Shown piece by piece: positions 1-10,335 of a DNA stretch of 64,000 nucleotides (its first letter is position 1; each line of letters opens with the position of its first letter). Under the pieces are notes generated by a model. It searched no databases, was not told the DNA's origin, and was given only the letters and a program-made list of their open reading frames with translations. A program made the position numbers and the translations under genes. Location of the stretch: assembly GCA_049599475.1 (NCBI GenBank), contig JBMYOQ010000009.1, positions 39,829 to 103,828 of the forward strand, written 5' to 3'. The DNA comes from Opitutales bacterium (GTDB lineage Bacteria > Verrucomicrobiota > Verrucomicrobiia > Opitutales > JABSRG01).

Positions 1-744
1 ACTCGCAATGAACCGCGCATAGGCCGCCTGGTACTTGGGCTCCGGAAGCGCACTAATGGACCCTGCCCCAGGTGCGACAAAGCCGTCCTTCGTTTTAGTC
101 GCAGGTATCGCCCATGGATTATTGGACTTCAACACCATCTGAAGTTCAAAGCCCGCGTCTTGATACTCCTTCACGACATCATCTAGCTGGCGCCAAGTGT
201 AGGTTGGTTTACCATCCTTCAGAGGAGCGCGTGGTTCTAGTTTCCCCCACGATACGAGAACTGCTTTGGCATAGTCTGCCCCGACTCCCTCAAAATATTT
301 GGCTAGATTATTCCATGTATACCCGACGCCGATATATCCGTCAGCATCGGCGCTCGGAGTCCCCGATTTATAATTAACAAAGCCTTCCAGGGCTTCCGCA
401 AAGCTACCTCCCGATGCCCCAACAGGCGTTCCCGATGGTTCGGAAGCGGGACTTGAGGACTCTTTGGGAGCGGCATCTGCCAATGCCGATTCAATCCGCA
501 TTAAAATAGAACGCATAGTGCGCATATCGCCGCGCGCCGACGCAGATTCATAGCGCTGCTGCGCTTGCTTGAATTGTTGAAGCGGTAATTGGACTCCTGC
601 AGCTCTCAGCGACTGCACCTCTTTGGTAAGAGCGTCCATCTTGGCGTCGAGCTGTTCTTGGCCCTGCCCCAATGCCGTGTGAAGGCTGCCGATCAGGCCA
701 ATGCAGAGGGCCGCGGTCCAGGCGGATAGAAAAGGTCGTTTCAT
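1..744 (-). CDS. Secreted glycoside hydrolase, GH-A clan (GH39/GH5-like); 5' part only, runs off the window
   Basis: Not in the ORF track; manual translation from ATG at 744 is open to position 1. Signal peptide MKRPFLSAWTAALCIGLIGSLHTALG, then VSWGKLEP...YTWRQLDDVVKEYQDAGFELQMVLKSNNPWA, typical of GH-A TIM barrels. Confidence 0.7.
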   Translation of the reverse strand, partial: MKRPFLSAWTAALCIGLIGSLHTALGQGQEQLDAKMDALTKEVQSLRAAGVQLPLQQFKQAQQRYESASARGDMRTMRSILMRIESALADAAPKESSSPASEPSGTPVGASGGSFAEALEGFVNYKSGTPSADADGYIGVGYTWNNLAKYFEGVGADYAKAVLVSWGKLEPRAPLKDGKPTYTWRQLDDVVKEYQDAGFELQMVLKSNNPWAIPATKTKDGFVAPGAGSISALPEPKYQAAYARFIAS

Positions 745-752
745 TTGAAGGC

Positions 753-2303
753 TCATAGCAAGAGTGGTTTCGTCTTGGAACGGGCTTGAGGTGTAAGGTG
801 TTCGGAGCCTATCAATTCCGAATCCTTCAGCTTGGTCAGAGCAATCGTGGCTCCCATAGAGATCCAGAGAAATTCGAAATCGATCGCATTGGTAGAGAAT
901 GAAAACAGGTAAAATGCCAAGAGGTTCAATCCCGCGAGCTTTATCAGTTGCTTTCGCCCGTGGTTCTCCGTTTTCAACCAACACAACAGAATCGTACAGG
1001 CTAGCACCACAATCGCGAATTTGAAGAAAACGAGAGCAAGTAAACCTGACTCTGCAAGCAGCCCCAAAGTCGTGTTATGAGGCAAGAATGGTTTCATTTC
1101 TCCCCGAGTCGTGCGGTAATTATGCCAACGGTCGAGGTAATTGCCAAACCCGACCCCGATTACCGGGTGCTCGCGTGCCATTTCGATTCCGGTCGTCCAG
1201 ATACCGTATCGAGGATCATCATAGAATGCATCAAGGGATATCCCGTTTCGGTAGGAATCCCCTAGGATATCATTTAAAAACGGGATGACACATACCACCC
1301 CGATCGCCCCGCATACCACCAACAGGCGTTTCAAGGGGTAATTAAAAAACAACAAACACAAGCCCACAAAAAAACTCGTGCTCACAAGGCCCGCTCGACT
1401 GCCAGTAGCGACAACGTTCATCGCCACCATAACACAATATCCTACAACCGCACCTCGAAGTATCAGCGATTTAGTGAACTGCCAAATCCCTAAAACAAAC
1501 ACGAGGGTCAACAGCATGAACCCACAGAAGTAATTCGAATCTAAGAAAGTAGAAGCCACCCGGATCCATTCAGCTTCTTCCTCGGTGTTCGCATTCTTAG
1601 TACTGACCAATCCCTGAGCGCCTCCGCCCACCAGATTATAATCCATCCCAACGAGGCTGAGAATCGACTGCCCCGTGAAAATTTCAATAATGCCGAAACC
1701 TGTAATAATGTATCCGATCGCCAGGACCGTAAAATAAAACTGCTTCAGGCGCCAAACAGATGTGATCGTATCGGCCAGCATCACCGCGATCATGTAATAA
1801 GGGATCATCTTGGTGAATAGGAAACCAAAGAAGAGACCCGAGTGATGCGCGTTCAGGTAGGAAGGCAATAGGCTCAGATAGAATAATACTACCGAGGCAA
1901 AGAAGGGATGATTCACGAATGAGGTAACCAGACGTGCATTCTTCTGCACCAAATGATTGAGCATCCATATCCCTACAACCGCCGGCATCAATATCTTGGG
2001 CAAGGTGATCGAACCATCTCCACTGATATTCGCCATAAACTGGAAGGGGATAATGAATACGAGCAACAGGACGGCCCAGTATGGCTTAAGCAAAAGTATA
2101 ATTCCACCGACCGCGCAAGGGATCAGGGGAACCGCCAATATGGGATTGGGCAAGGCCGCCAGCACAACTCCAATCGCGAAAGCTCCGGCAATGGCCAGTA
2201 CCACTGCAGCCAGAGCAAAGAAAAATTTCTCACGGCCCGATCCCTGGCGACGGTATTCCCAGGATAGCTGCTGGGATAACTTATTTGCCGCCGCAGATCC
2301 CAT
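753..2303 (-). CDS. O-antigen ligase/Wzy-family polysaccharide polymerase
   Basis: Many TM helices; R..STF.DSNYF, TGSRAG, R..IW...EHPVIGVGFGNY and PHN..L.LLAESG motifs. Confidence 0.85.
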   Translation of the reverse strand: MGSAAANKLSQQLSWEYRRQGSGREKFFFALAAVVLAIAGAFAIGVVLAALPNPILAVPLIPCAVGGIILLLKPYWAVLLLVFIIPFQFMANISGDGSITLPKILMPAVVGIWMLNHLVQKNARLVTSFVNHPFFASVVLFYLSLLPSYLNAHHSGLFFGFLFTKMIPYYMIAVMLADTITSVWRLKQFYFTVLAIGYIITGFGIIEIFTGQSILSLVGMDYNLVGGGAQGLVSTKNANTEEEAEWIRVASTFLDSNYFCGFMLLTLVFVLGIWQFTKSLILRGAVVGYCVMVAMNVVATGSRAGLVSTSFFVGLCLLFFNYPLKRLLVVCGAIGVVCVIPFLNDILGDSYRNGISLDAFYDDPRYGIWTTGIEMAREHPVIGVGFGNYLDRWHNYRTTRGEMKPFLPHNTTLGLLAESGLLALVFFKFAIVVLACTILLCWLKTENHGRKQLIKLAGLNLLAFYLFSFSTNAIDFEFLWISMGATIALTKLKDSELIGSEHLTPQARSKTKPLLL

Positions 2304-3484
2304 TAGGCAGCTGCAGGTTTCGCAGTCTTCTCAGGCGAGACTACAGATTCGTAGACAGCGGCCATGGCAGCAGCCATACCATCATCGGTGAAATGTGTCT
2401 GCACCCGCTCACGGCTCTTGGTTCCAAAACTAATCCGGCGGCCGTGATGCGTCATCAATTCGACAATCCGCTTTTCAAATTCTTCTTGGTTCCCGTGTTC
2501 ACAGACGTAGCCAGTGACCCCAGACTCCACCATATCGGGATGACTTCCCGTATTGAAACACAACACAGGACGCTCCATCGCCATGGCCTCCAGAATACCA
2601 TAGGGAAAATTCTCTTCCAGAGACGGCTGCACATACAGGTCAAGGCCCGCGACCAAGGTCCGCGCATCTGAGCGCCATCCAGCAAAGATAACCTCGTCTT
2701 GAAGACCTAACTCTTCAACAAGCGCTTTGAGCTTAGGAGCTTCGCCACCTTGACCGATGATCAAATTCTTATGAGCAATTCCGGCCTTTTTGAGCGCCGC
2801 ACTTCCGCGGATCAAAGCTTGGACATTCTTTGAGGGTACCAATCGTATCGCTGTTCCAATGACAAGTGTGTCAGCGGAAAAACCAAACTCCTCACGCATC
2901 TTGGAATGCTCGAGGGGAATCTCGGAGGCATCCGGAAGGCGAATCCCGTTATACACTATGTGCGACTTTGCCTCAGGTGCCCCATCGCTCAAAATATCTT
3001 GGCGCAAATCTTCAGACGCTACCACAAATGCCGCATTTCCTTGGCTTAGGATTTTGTTTTGCGCGAGCATGAATTTTCCCAACCACACACGCTTCCCGGC
3101 GATATCTCCAATCACCTTCTTCATGTAAGTGTGGACCGTTGTGACAATCTTAGTCTTTGGGGCGATTAAGCTCGCTATGCGTCCGTAAAAATTACCGTTA
3201 AGAGTATGTGTATGGCAAATATCAATACCATTATCTATATAGTATTTGCGCAGCCGCAGAAAGGTACTCGGATCCCCAGGCTTACTTTTGCCTGCTACAA
3301 AATAGGGCAGCCCGCGAGCCTCAGCAGCCTCTGAGACTTCCCCCTCCTCAAGTAGGGTTAAATGGCTTTCGAAGCGACTGGAGTCCATATACTCCATGAG
3401 GTTGAAAATGTAGGCAGCGCAGCCACACATTTTCTTACCAGCGTGAATGTGCGCGATACTTATACGTCGATCGGAAGATTCCAT
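2303..3484 (-). CDS. Glycosyltransferase family 4
   Basis: GT-B motifs RLVPSKN, DLYVQPSLEENFPYGILEAMA. Confidence 0.92.
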   Translation of the reverse strand: MESSDRRISIAHIHAGKKMCGCAAYIFNLMEYMDSSRFESHLTLLEEGEVSEAAEARGLPYFVAGKSKPGDPSTFLRLRKYYIDNGIDICHTHTLNGNFYGRIASLIAPKTKIVTTVHTYMKKVIGDIAGKRVWLGKFMLAQNKILSQGNAAFVVASEDLRQDILSDGAPEAKSHIVYNGIRLPDASEIPLEHSKMREEFGFSADTLVIGTAIRLVPSKNVQALIRGSAALKKAGIAHKNLIIGQGGEAPKLKALVEELGLQDEVIFAGWRSDARTLVAGLDLYVQPSLEENFPYGILEAMAMERPVLCFNTGSHPDMVESGVTGYVCEHGNQEEFEKRIVELMTHHGRRISFGTKSRERVQTHFTDDGMAAAMAAVYESVVSPEKTAKPAAA

Positions 3485-3501
3485 GGCAACTCAATGATCC
3501 C

Positions 3502-4626
3502 TTAAAAGTGGTCTTTATCTCCATGGGTTAAGTACCAGGATTTTAGATCCAAGATACTGTTCAGCTCTTCATCATCTTTTTGTTTTCTTACAATCAAGTT
3601 ATGGGGGGTCGCTCTTTCCTGAAAGCCCAACTTTACGAGCATGTCATGGATGCGCATATGAGGTAGGCACCAGACGGAAATGATTTCCACATTGCTCGCG
3701 ATCAAGGCATCCTGCGCCTCGCGGAAAAGTCGACTCAAGATATCCTCCGTGGGCACATCATCGGATTCCCTGATGAAGAAATCTAAAATCTCACCGCGTT
3801 TCGCCGCATTTACCTGGACATTCAAAGTGGAAAAAGTGCGAAAGCCTTTCTTTTCTTCAAAAATAATATAACCCAAAACCTCGCCTCGGCGAACAGCCGC
3901 CAGCGCCTGAAACTTCTGAACCGGATTGCTTGTGTATCGCCAATTCAAATACTCAGCATCCCGATTTGCAATCACATCATAATTGTCTTTCTCCGCTTCC
4001 CAGAGTGCATCGAAGCGCTCGTCGAAAGAATTAATTTTTTCAATTGTGATATCGGAACCTAAATCAGTCTTGGGTGCGCGCTTGTTCTTGATCTTAAGAA
4101 TAGGACGTATGAACGCGCCCAATACCTTGGAAAGCCCAGGCACTTTTACTTTTTGAGCCAAATACGGCGAAGGGTCGTAGACCTGAACCATCTTGATAAT
4201 TTGGCCAATGTCTGTAAACCCGAGCGCCTTGGTTGCCACCTTACGAGTAATCTCGATGGAAAACCCATATGACATGTCGGTGCCATCTTCTGCCATCAAA
4301 TCGCGCGCCAGACGCTCCAATTTAAAAAATGAGCGCCCTCCCCGATGTTCATCTAAAATAACAATGTCCTGGGCTTGGCCACCACTGCGTACCTTACCTC
4401 GAATCGAAAAGGGGTAATTAGAAACCCCCGTTTGGCCAACGATCGCACCTTCTCCATCCTTGGCCACAGCGATATTATAACGACCCCCGGGTCGCTCTAA
4501 GTATTTCCATTTCCAAAATGCCTCATCTCGGGTAACACTGTAAAATTTTTCATGAAGAACCGTAAGTTTAGGGTTATCCTCAAACTCAAAGGTTTCAATC
4601 GACAGTGCGGATGCTTTGGTGCTCAT
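3502..4626 (-). CDS. GNAT-family N-acetyltransferase-like protein (EPS modification)
   Basis: FWKWKYLERP, DIVILDEHRGG, RDAEYLNWRY..NP and GDKD C-terminus; tandem-GNAT family common in EPS loci. Confidence 0.75.
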   Translation of the reverse strand: MSTKASALSIETFEFEDNPKLTVLHEKFYSVTRDEAFWKWKYLERPGGRYNIAVAKDGEGAIVGQTGVSNYPFSIRGKVRSGGQAQDIVILDEHRGGRSFFKLERLARDLMAEDGTDMSYGFSIEITRKVATKALGFTDIGQIIKMVQVYDPSPYLAQKVKVPGLSKVLGAFIRPILKIKNKRAPKTDLGSDITIEKINSFDERFDALWEAEKDNYDVIANRDAEYLNWRYTSNPVQKFQALAAVRRGEVLGYIIFEEKKGFRTFSTLNVQVNAAKRGEILDFFIRESDDVPTEDILSRLFREAQDALIASNVEIISVWCLPHMRIHDMLVKLGFQERATPHNLIVRKQKDDEELNSILDLKSWYLTHGDKDHF

Positions 4627-4670
4627 CGGGGGTTTGAATTTATGTGGTTTTAAATTGGATACAAAATTTC

Positions 4671-5294
4671 TTAAAAAAGATCGTCTATAAATTTCGGTAT
4701 ATAGCTCTTGTAACGATTAAAAACGGTTCCGAGTAGGTTGCCGCCATCTTGCGCTATACCCTCGCAGGTATCTTTAATTACCAAATTACTGGGCCCCTGA
4801 TGCTTCACAACAAGGAGAGTATCTTTGATAATGCTGATCATAATACCAGTCACGCGCACCGATTCATATGCCGGTAAATCAAAAATCACGTGATCAAAAT
4901 GCTTATCCAGCTCCTCTATCAAAGATGCGAGCGCCTTGGGAGCTTCCACGATAAGATCGCCCTCGCTTCCAGTCGCAATCGTAGGGAACTCGATGTCTTC
5001 AAGCGAAGTAAGATCCCCACTTGCTGTTGGATTCGCCAGAAGGTCAAAGAGCGTGGGTGTGTTCTCAGTGATAACGGAGTCGGGCAACGAATGATACGGG
5101 TTTGCATCGATAAGCAATACACGACGCCCTTTCTGGCTCAGCACATTTGCGATGTTTTGGCAGATAGTGCTCTTACCTTCACGCGGACCGCTACTAGTTA
5201 CAGCAAGACAGGTCCCACACTGTCCACTTGATTGGGCAACCAGAAGCGAATTCGCAACGGTTTCCAAAGAGAAGAGTTGTTTTTTGTTGGCCAC
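4671..5294 (-). CDS. CpsD/CapB-type tyrosine-kinase (Wzc C-terminal) subunit
   Basis: Walker A GPREGKST, RVLLIDAN, VIFDLP; immediately downstream of the Wzc N-terminal gene. Confidence 0.85.
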   Translation of the reverse strand: MANKKQLFSLETVANSLLVAQSSGQCGTCLAVTSSGPREGKSTICQNIANVLSQKGRRVLLIDANPYHSLPDSVITENTPTLFDLLANPTASGDLTSLEDIEFPTIATGSEGDLIVEAPKALASLIEELDKHFDHVIFDLPAYESVRVTGIMISIIKDTLLVVKHQGPSNLVIKDTCEGIAQDGGNLLGTVFNRYKSYIPKFIDDLF

Positions 5295-5323
5295 AGTAGA
5301 GAGAGATAAAATGTGTTTAAGCC

Positions 5324-6691
5324 TTACTTCGAAAGGAATCGCAAAGAGCGGTCGAGCTTAGGCACTGTGCCCCAAACCGGAACCTCCGCGAGCTCTTCAA
5401 GCTCTTGGCGACGGAACGGATAGTTGAGGAAGAATTCTAGGACGAAGGGGAAACCGACCCCGAGCCCTGCAGCAAACACGACGATTACTGGGACAAAGAG
5501 CACTAAGTCTGGCCAATCTGGATCCGCGCTTTCAGATACCGGCATGCGGTCCACTACAGTCATACCGAATTCACCGAGCTGGCTCCCTTGTTGGATGCCC
5601 AATTCTTGGATTTTCTCCTCGAGTTGGAAGTAGATGTGTTCAGTAAGGTTAAGATCGTTTTGAAGCGCTGTGTATTCGTTTTCGCGCTTTATCACATCGT
5701 CGATTTCTAAGCTAACCTCTTCGAGGTTTTTCTCGAGGTTCTCGCGGCGCCCGCGATTTCCGGCAATGGTGATCTCCAAATCACTGATGGTAGACGTGAT
5801 CTCCTCCTGCTTACTTGGCGAGAGCCTTGAATTCTGAGCCTGCTTGTTCGCTTCGGCCAACTCTTGTTGGAGAGCAGCATTTGCAGTGCGCACCGAGCTA
5901 AGCTGTTCCTCAAGTCCTTCCTTGTGTTCCAGAAGGAGGCGTTTCTCGTCGGCGAAAGATGCGACACGCAGCGTCACTTTCAGATTCTCCACTTCATCTC
6001 TCAGTTTTACATAACGCTGCTTGTATTCCTCTCCCTGAGACACCGCGAAATTATATGCCTCGGTGGCTTCCGAGCGGTTGAGCTCAAGCAATGTTTTGAT
6101 GAGTAATTGAGTCACTCGCGTGACCATCTCGTTCGCGATTTCTGGATTTTCTCCAAAAATCGCAATTTCGATGATTTCGGTGTCTTCGACGAGTTCGACG
6201 TCGAGCATCTCCTCAATGAAAGCTTCGATTGCATCTGCTCTCCAGTCATCTGGAGTGGTTCCCAACCAACCTTTTTCGACGGCGTAATCCTTAGGCCACA
6301 AGATAAAATTGACGATCCCCATCTTAAACTGATCGCGGAAGTGCTCGGGCTCTTCTTTTGATTTCCGGAGACGTTCAGCTAGATCGAATTCGTCGACAAT
6401 CCGTCCCGCCAGAATCTCGCTCTGGAGGATGTTTATAATGTTGTTATTATAATTTACCCGCGTGTTCAGCTCTCCAGGAGTCGTGACGTCGCGAAACAGT
6501 CCTAGCTGCTGCTTGTAGTTGTGCTCCACCAGTACCCGCGTCGCCGCGCGGTAAGTAGGTGTCACCAAAATGGTGAGAAACAACATCAACACGGATGTAA
6601 TTCCAAAGATACTCACCATCATCCACTTGCGTCGGAAGAAGACGTAAACGGTATGCTTAATGAGTTTTTCAGCTGATTCGTCGATAATCAC
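5324..6691 (-). CDS. Polysaccharide co-polymerase (Wzc/GumC N-terminal, chain-length determinant)
   Basis: Two TM helices around a long coiled coil; TPTYRAATRVLV; C-terminal ELAEVPVWGTVP. Confidence 0.88.
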   Translation of the reverse strand: MIIDESAEKLIKHTVYVFFRRKWMMVSIFGITSVLMLFLTILVTPTYRAATRVLVEHNYKQQLGLFRDVTTPGELNTRVNYNNNIINILQSEILAGRIVDEFDLAERLRKSKEEPEHFRDQFKMGIVNFILWPKDYAVEKGWLGTTPDDWRADAIEAFIEEMLDVELVEDTEIIEIAIFGENPEIANEMVTRVTQLLIKTLLELNRSEATEAYNFAVSQGEEYKQRYVKLRDEVENLKVTLRVASFADEKRLLLEHKEGLEEQLSSVRTANAALQQELAEANKQAQNSRLSPSKQEEITSTISDLEITIAGNRGRRENLEKNLEEVSLEIDDVIKRENEYTALQNDLNLTEHIYFQLEEKIQELGIQQGSQLGEFGMTVVDRMPVSESADPDWPDLVLFVPVIVVFAAGLGVGFPFVLEFFLNYPFRRQELEELAEVPVWGTVPKLDRSLRFLSK

Positions 6692-6703
6692 AAGAGCAGT
6701 AAT

Positions 6704-8272
6704 TTAGGATGCCATTCTGCGAAGAAATTTCCGCGCAAAGATTTGAGTTATTTTTTGCATCTCGGCCACCCGCAGCACGGACAATGCCGCGATGCCGACT
6801 ACACTCATCGCTACAAAAGCGATGGCGGCGAAGGCCCATTCTGAGAGGCTATTCGTTGAGAAAAGATCGCTGGGCAAAAGGAACCAGACGGGTATCGATG
6901 CGAGAGCCATCCCGAGAAGCACCTTCCCCAGGAATACAAAAAACGGGCGGTCGATAAAAATACCTATTCGTTTGGATAGCAGATACATAAGGCCGAACAT
7001 TTGGAAGGTCGTGGCCACACTGTATGCACCTCCAAGACCAGCAACTCCAAAACCAGCGAGATAAGATAAGAAGTATATCGTAGCAAGATTTACGACGAGG
7101 AACACCGTCGAACTACGGAAAATAATGGTGGATTCGTTGAGAGAGTGAAACGTCCGCAGAAGGATAATATTTGCTGCACCCGAGAGGATGGCTGGTGAGT
7201 GAAATGCGAGTGTCATACTCAAGGCCGAGAGATTTTCCGCATCCATGCCACCGGAGAAGAGGATGTCCACCACCACGTCTCGGAAGAGGAAAAACGCGAC
7301 GGTATACGGCAGGAATATAAATAGAATACCGCGCAAGATCATCGTGACGGATGCACGCAAAACTGATGGGTCATCCGCGTCGGCCTCTTTGGACAGCTTC
7401 GGCATCAACACCTTGCCCAGGGCCATGCCTCCCATAAAGGGGAAACCCGTGACCAAGCGCACCGAATAGTTGAAGATCGTTACTTTGCCATCGCCTAAGG
7501 TCGTGGCAAAAGCTTGTGCGATAATCATCGCGGCCTGGCCTGCAGAAACTCCGTAGAAAATGGACATCAAAGCCTTGTACCCGCCCTTCAAGGTGCGGAA
7601 TCCCAAACGTGGATCGAGCGATGGGAGCAGCTTAAAGCGGCGAATCGCGAAGAAATTAAGGAGGAGAAATCCTAGAAGGGCTCCGGTCGAGGTGCCTACA
7701 GCGACACCCTGTAGCCCCATTAGCGGAGACAGAAACACGATACCTACGATGGTGCCAAAAGAGGTCAGGGCCGAGGCCAATTCAGCGGGCAAGAAGATAT
7801 GTTTCAGATTGAGGTAGGACTCGATCACAGAGTTTGTCCCCAAGAGAAAATACAGAGGCAGCACCGTCATCGCGATTTTGAAGGCGGAGGCATATTGCTC
7901 CTCATCGAAACCCGGCGCTTGAAAATGCAGAATGGTCGGTGAGCAAACTGCAAAGAGTGCAGTGAAGATTAACAAAAGCCCTCCCACTGCTGTAATCGTC
8001 GAACGTACCGCCTTTCGGCAGGCTTGCTCGCCTTCATTTGAATGAATTCTCGTGAAGACGGGAACGAGCGAGATGCTCAATGCACGCGCAATTTGCGCGG
8101 CGATGATAATGGGCAAAAGACGTCCGATAAAAAAGGCGTCCGTTACGTCATTGGATCCGTATTTGCGGGCTATTAACAAGATAGCAATGAAGCCTGCTAA
8201 GCTCCCCGCCATCTTGATAATCGTGACCTTCAAAGAGGAGGCTACGATGTTCGGCTGTGCCTGATCGCTCAT
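6704..8272 (-). CDS. MurJ/MviN-like (MOP superfamily) flippase in EPS operon
   Basis: YGSNDVTDAFFI, PGF motif, LGDGKVTIFNYSVRL, GVAGLGGAYS; about 14 TM helices. Confidence 0.85.
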   Translation of the reverse strand: MSDQAQPNIVASSLKVTIIKMAGSLAGFIAILLIARKYGSNDVTDAFFIGRLLPIIIAAQIARALSISLVPVFTRIHSNEGEQACRKAVRSTITAVGGLLLIFTALFAVCSPTILHFQAPGFDEEQYASAFKIAMTVLPLYFLLGTNSVIESYLNLKHIFLPAELASALTSFGTIVGIVFLSPLMGLQGVAVGTSTGALLGFLLLNFFAIRRFKLLPSLDPRLGFRTLKGGYKALMSIFYGVSAGQAAMIIAQAFATTLGDGKVTIFNYSVRLVTGFPFMGGMALGKVLMPKLSKEADADDPSVLRASVTMILRGILFIFLPYTVAFFLFRDVVVDILFSGGMDAENLSALSMTLAFHSPAILSGAANIILLRTFHSLNESTIIFRSSTVFLVVNLATIYFLSYLAGFGVAGLGGAYSVATTFQMFGLMYLLSKRIGIFIDRPFFVFLGKVLLGMALASIPVWFLLPSDLFSTNSLSEWAFAAIAFVAMSVVGIAALSVLRVAEMQKITQIFARKFLRRMAS

Positions 8273-8304
8273 TTATTGAATAGGAATGTTCCCTCGGACG
8301 AACC

Positions 8305-9111
8305 CTACGGCTCTTGATTCGGATCTGCCTGTTGATCTTCCTCATCGTCCCTCACGCCGATCGTCGTGTTATTCAGATTATATCCAGCACTGAAACGGAT
8401 GAAATCTGGAATCAAATTGTTGATGTAAAAATCGACGAAGTCGCCGGCATAGGCGATGTCACGCTTTGGCACGTAAACAATGTCTCCCGGGAAAAGGTTC
8501 AACGCGCCTTGGTCCCAGCGATCTTCCTGAGTCAGGTCCAAGACTACACCTTCGACACCCTCACTCGTATTGCGAATTACAGACACTTTGCTCAAGTCTG
8601 CCGAGCGGCGTGTGCCTCCTGCGAGAGCGATGGCATGGAAAACATTCACGCGCATCGAGCGTGTCTGCAGTGCCTGAGGATCTCCCACTTCACCGTCGAT
8701 GTAGATGACCCGTCGTGAAATATCGCGGACGATTACGGTGAGACGTGGGTTATCAATTACTTCGGTGAAGGCCTGCGTGAGCTCATCTGCAAGCTCTTCA
8801 GGTGTTTTACCCACAGCAATTTTTGGCTCGATCAGGTTTAGATTGATCACGCCATCCGGACGGATACGGAGTGTTTCATTAAGCTCAGGGTCATAATAAA
8901 ACTTCACCTGAATCTCATCTCCAGGATACAGATAGAAGGCCTGGTCCTTATCAACTGGAGGGCGAAAATCCGACGAGAACGCGGTGGACCGTTCATGGTA
9001 TGACGGGAACGGCGAGTCTTCAATCGTTGAGCAACCAGTAAAGCCCAGGAAGGCCGCTATAGGAAACAGAAACGCTGCTGATTTGAGAGAGAATTTAGGC
9101 AGGTATTGCAT
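8305..9111 (-). CDS. wza: Polysaccharide export lipoprotein (Wza/OPX)
   Basis: Lipobox FTGC; LYPGDEI...IRPDGVINL...AVGKTPEEL; SLBB domain LFPGDIVYVP. Confidence 0.9.
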   Translation of the reverse strand: MQYLPKFSLKSAAFLFPIAAFLGFTGCSTIEDSPFPSYHERSTAFSSDFRPPVDKDQAFYLYPGDEIQVKFYYDPELNETLRIRPDGVINLNLIEPKIAVGKTPEELADELTQAFTEVIDNPRLTVIVRDISRRVIYIDGEVGDPQALQTRSMRVNVFHAIALAGGTRRSADLSKVSVIRNTSEGVEGVVLDLTQEDRWDQGALNLFPGDIVYVPKRDIAYAGDFVDFYINNLIPDFIRFSAGYNLNNTTIGVRDDEEDQQADPNQEP

Positions 9112-10306
9112 AGCTTTCGAGACGAGAGGGAGCCTCTAGGAGCTCCGTGTATTTATTTATAAAATCGGTCTTATACACTTCCCAAGTGTACTTCGCTCGG
9201 GAGGCTTTCGACGCGTTTTCAGCAAAGGATTGTCGGCGTGAAGGGTCAGCCGCAAGGGCAATTATCGCATCTGCCAGTTCTTCGGCCTTGGTTTCATCGA
9301 CGATCAATCCGGAATCACTCTCATTGAGGATTTCTTTGACCTCGCCCATATCTGTAGCAACGAGCGGCACCCCGCAGCTCATGGCATCAAACAGCTTAGT
9401 CGGCGTAATTGGAGCAAACCATTTTGTCCGGCGATAAAGCACCGTTCCGATGTCAATGCGTCCGTAAAGCTCCGGAATATCAGTCATCGGAAAAGCCCCT
9501 ATGACCTCGACCGAATCTCCAAACGGCGCACATAGCGTTTCATAGGTCTCTTTGTAATTGTCGAAGACACGTCCTGCTAGCAGGAGTTTGAATTTCTGGG
9601 TCAACTCGCCACTTTTCACCTTTTCCAAGATGATTTTATAGGCGTCCAACAGCTCTTCGATCCCATTGTCTTCGTAGACAGAGCCCACGCGGCCGATAGT
9701 GATCACGTCCTTTTCAAATTCGCGAGTGCCCGATGCTTCAAATTTGAGTGTGGGATACGAGCCGGCTTTGAGGACATTTTTGAGTCCATGGGCTTCAAAT
9801 TTGCGCACCTGATAGTCATTGTGCACACAGAGGAAATCGTAGCGTTTGGAGAACTGAGCTTCGACAAAGTTGATCGCGTTGAGCAAGAAACTCCGTTTGC
9901 CGTCCCACATCGCATAGTAATTGGGCTCACACAGATCGAGGACTGCCTTCGCTCCAATTGATCGGGCGGTCACCAAGCTAGTGACAATCGTATCCAGATT
10001 GTAGCAGTGCACGATGTCCGGCTTATGTTCCTTGAGGTACTTTCTGACGGCCCGGTTGAATTTGAACATATTCACGATGTTCTTCGGCCCGCTACCCACC
10101 GGAGCTTTGATCTGAAAGCGAATGACCTTCACACCATCAAGCGTCTCTTTCTCAGGACCTTGGCATTCGCGATCCCAAGCGAGAATGGTAACATCGAAAC
10201 CAGCTTCGACCAAGCTTTTCGCCTGGTTGATCACGCGCATATATCGGCCCTGGAATGGCTTAAAACTCATTCCGAAGCTCATCACGACTCGCGGTTGCTC
10301 GCTCAT
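9095..10306 (-). CDS. Glycosyltransferase family 4
   Basis: PTKLFDAMSCGVPLVATD, YTWE. Confidence 0.9.
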   Translation of the reverse strand: MSEQPRVVMSFGMSFKPFQGRYMRVINQAKSLVEAGFDVTILAWDRECQGPEKETLDGVKVIRFQIKAPVGSGPKNIVNMFKFNRAVRKYLKEHKPDIVHCYNLDTIVTSLVTARSIGAKAVLDLCEPNYYAMWDGKRSFLLNAINFVEAQFSKRYDFLCVHNDYQVRKFEAHGLKNVLKAGSYPTLKFEASGTREFEKDVITIGRVGSVYEDNGIEELLDAYKIILEKVKSGELTQKFKLLLAGRVFDNYKETYETLCAPFGDSVEVIGAFPMTDIPELYGRIDIGTVLYRRTKWFAPITPTKLFDAMSCGVPLVATDMGEVKEILNESDSGLIVDETKAEELADAIIALAADPSRRQSFAENASKASRAKYTWEVYKTDFINKYTELLEAPSRLESYAIPA

Positions 10307-10335
10307 GTGTCCGATCCCGTTAAGTATGCCCGAGA

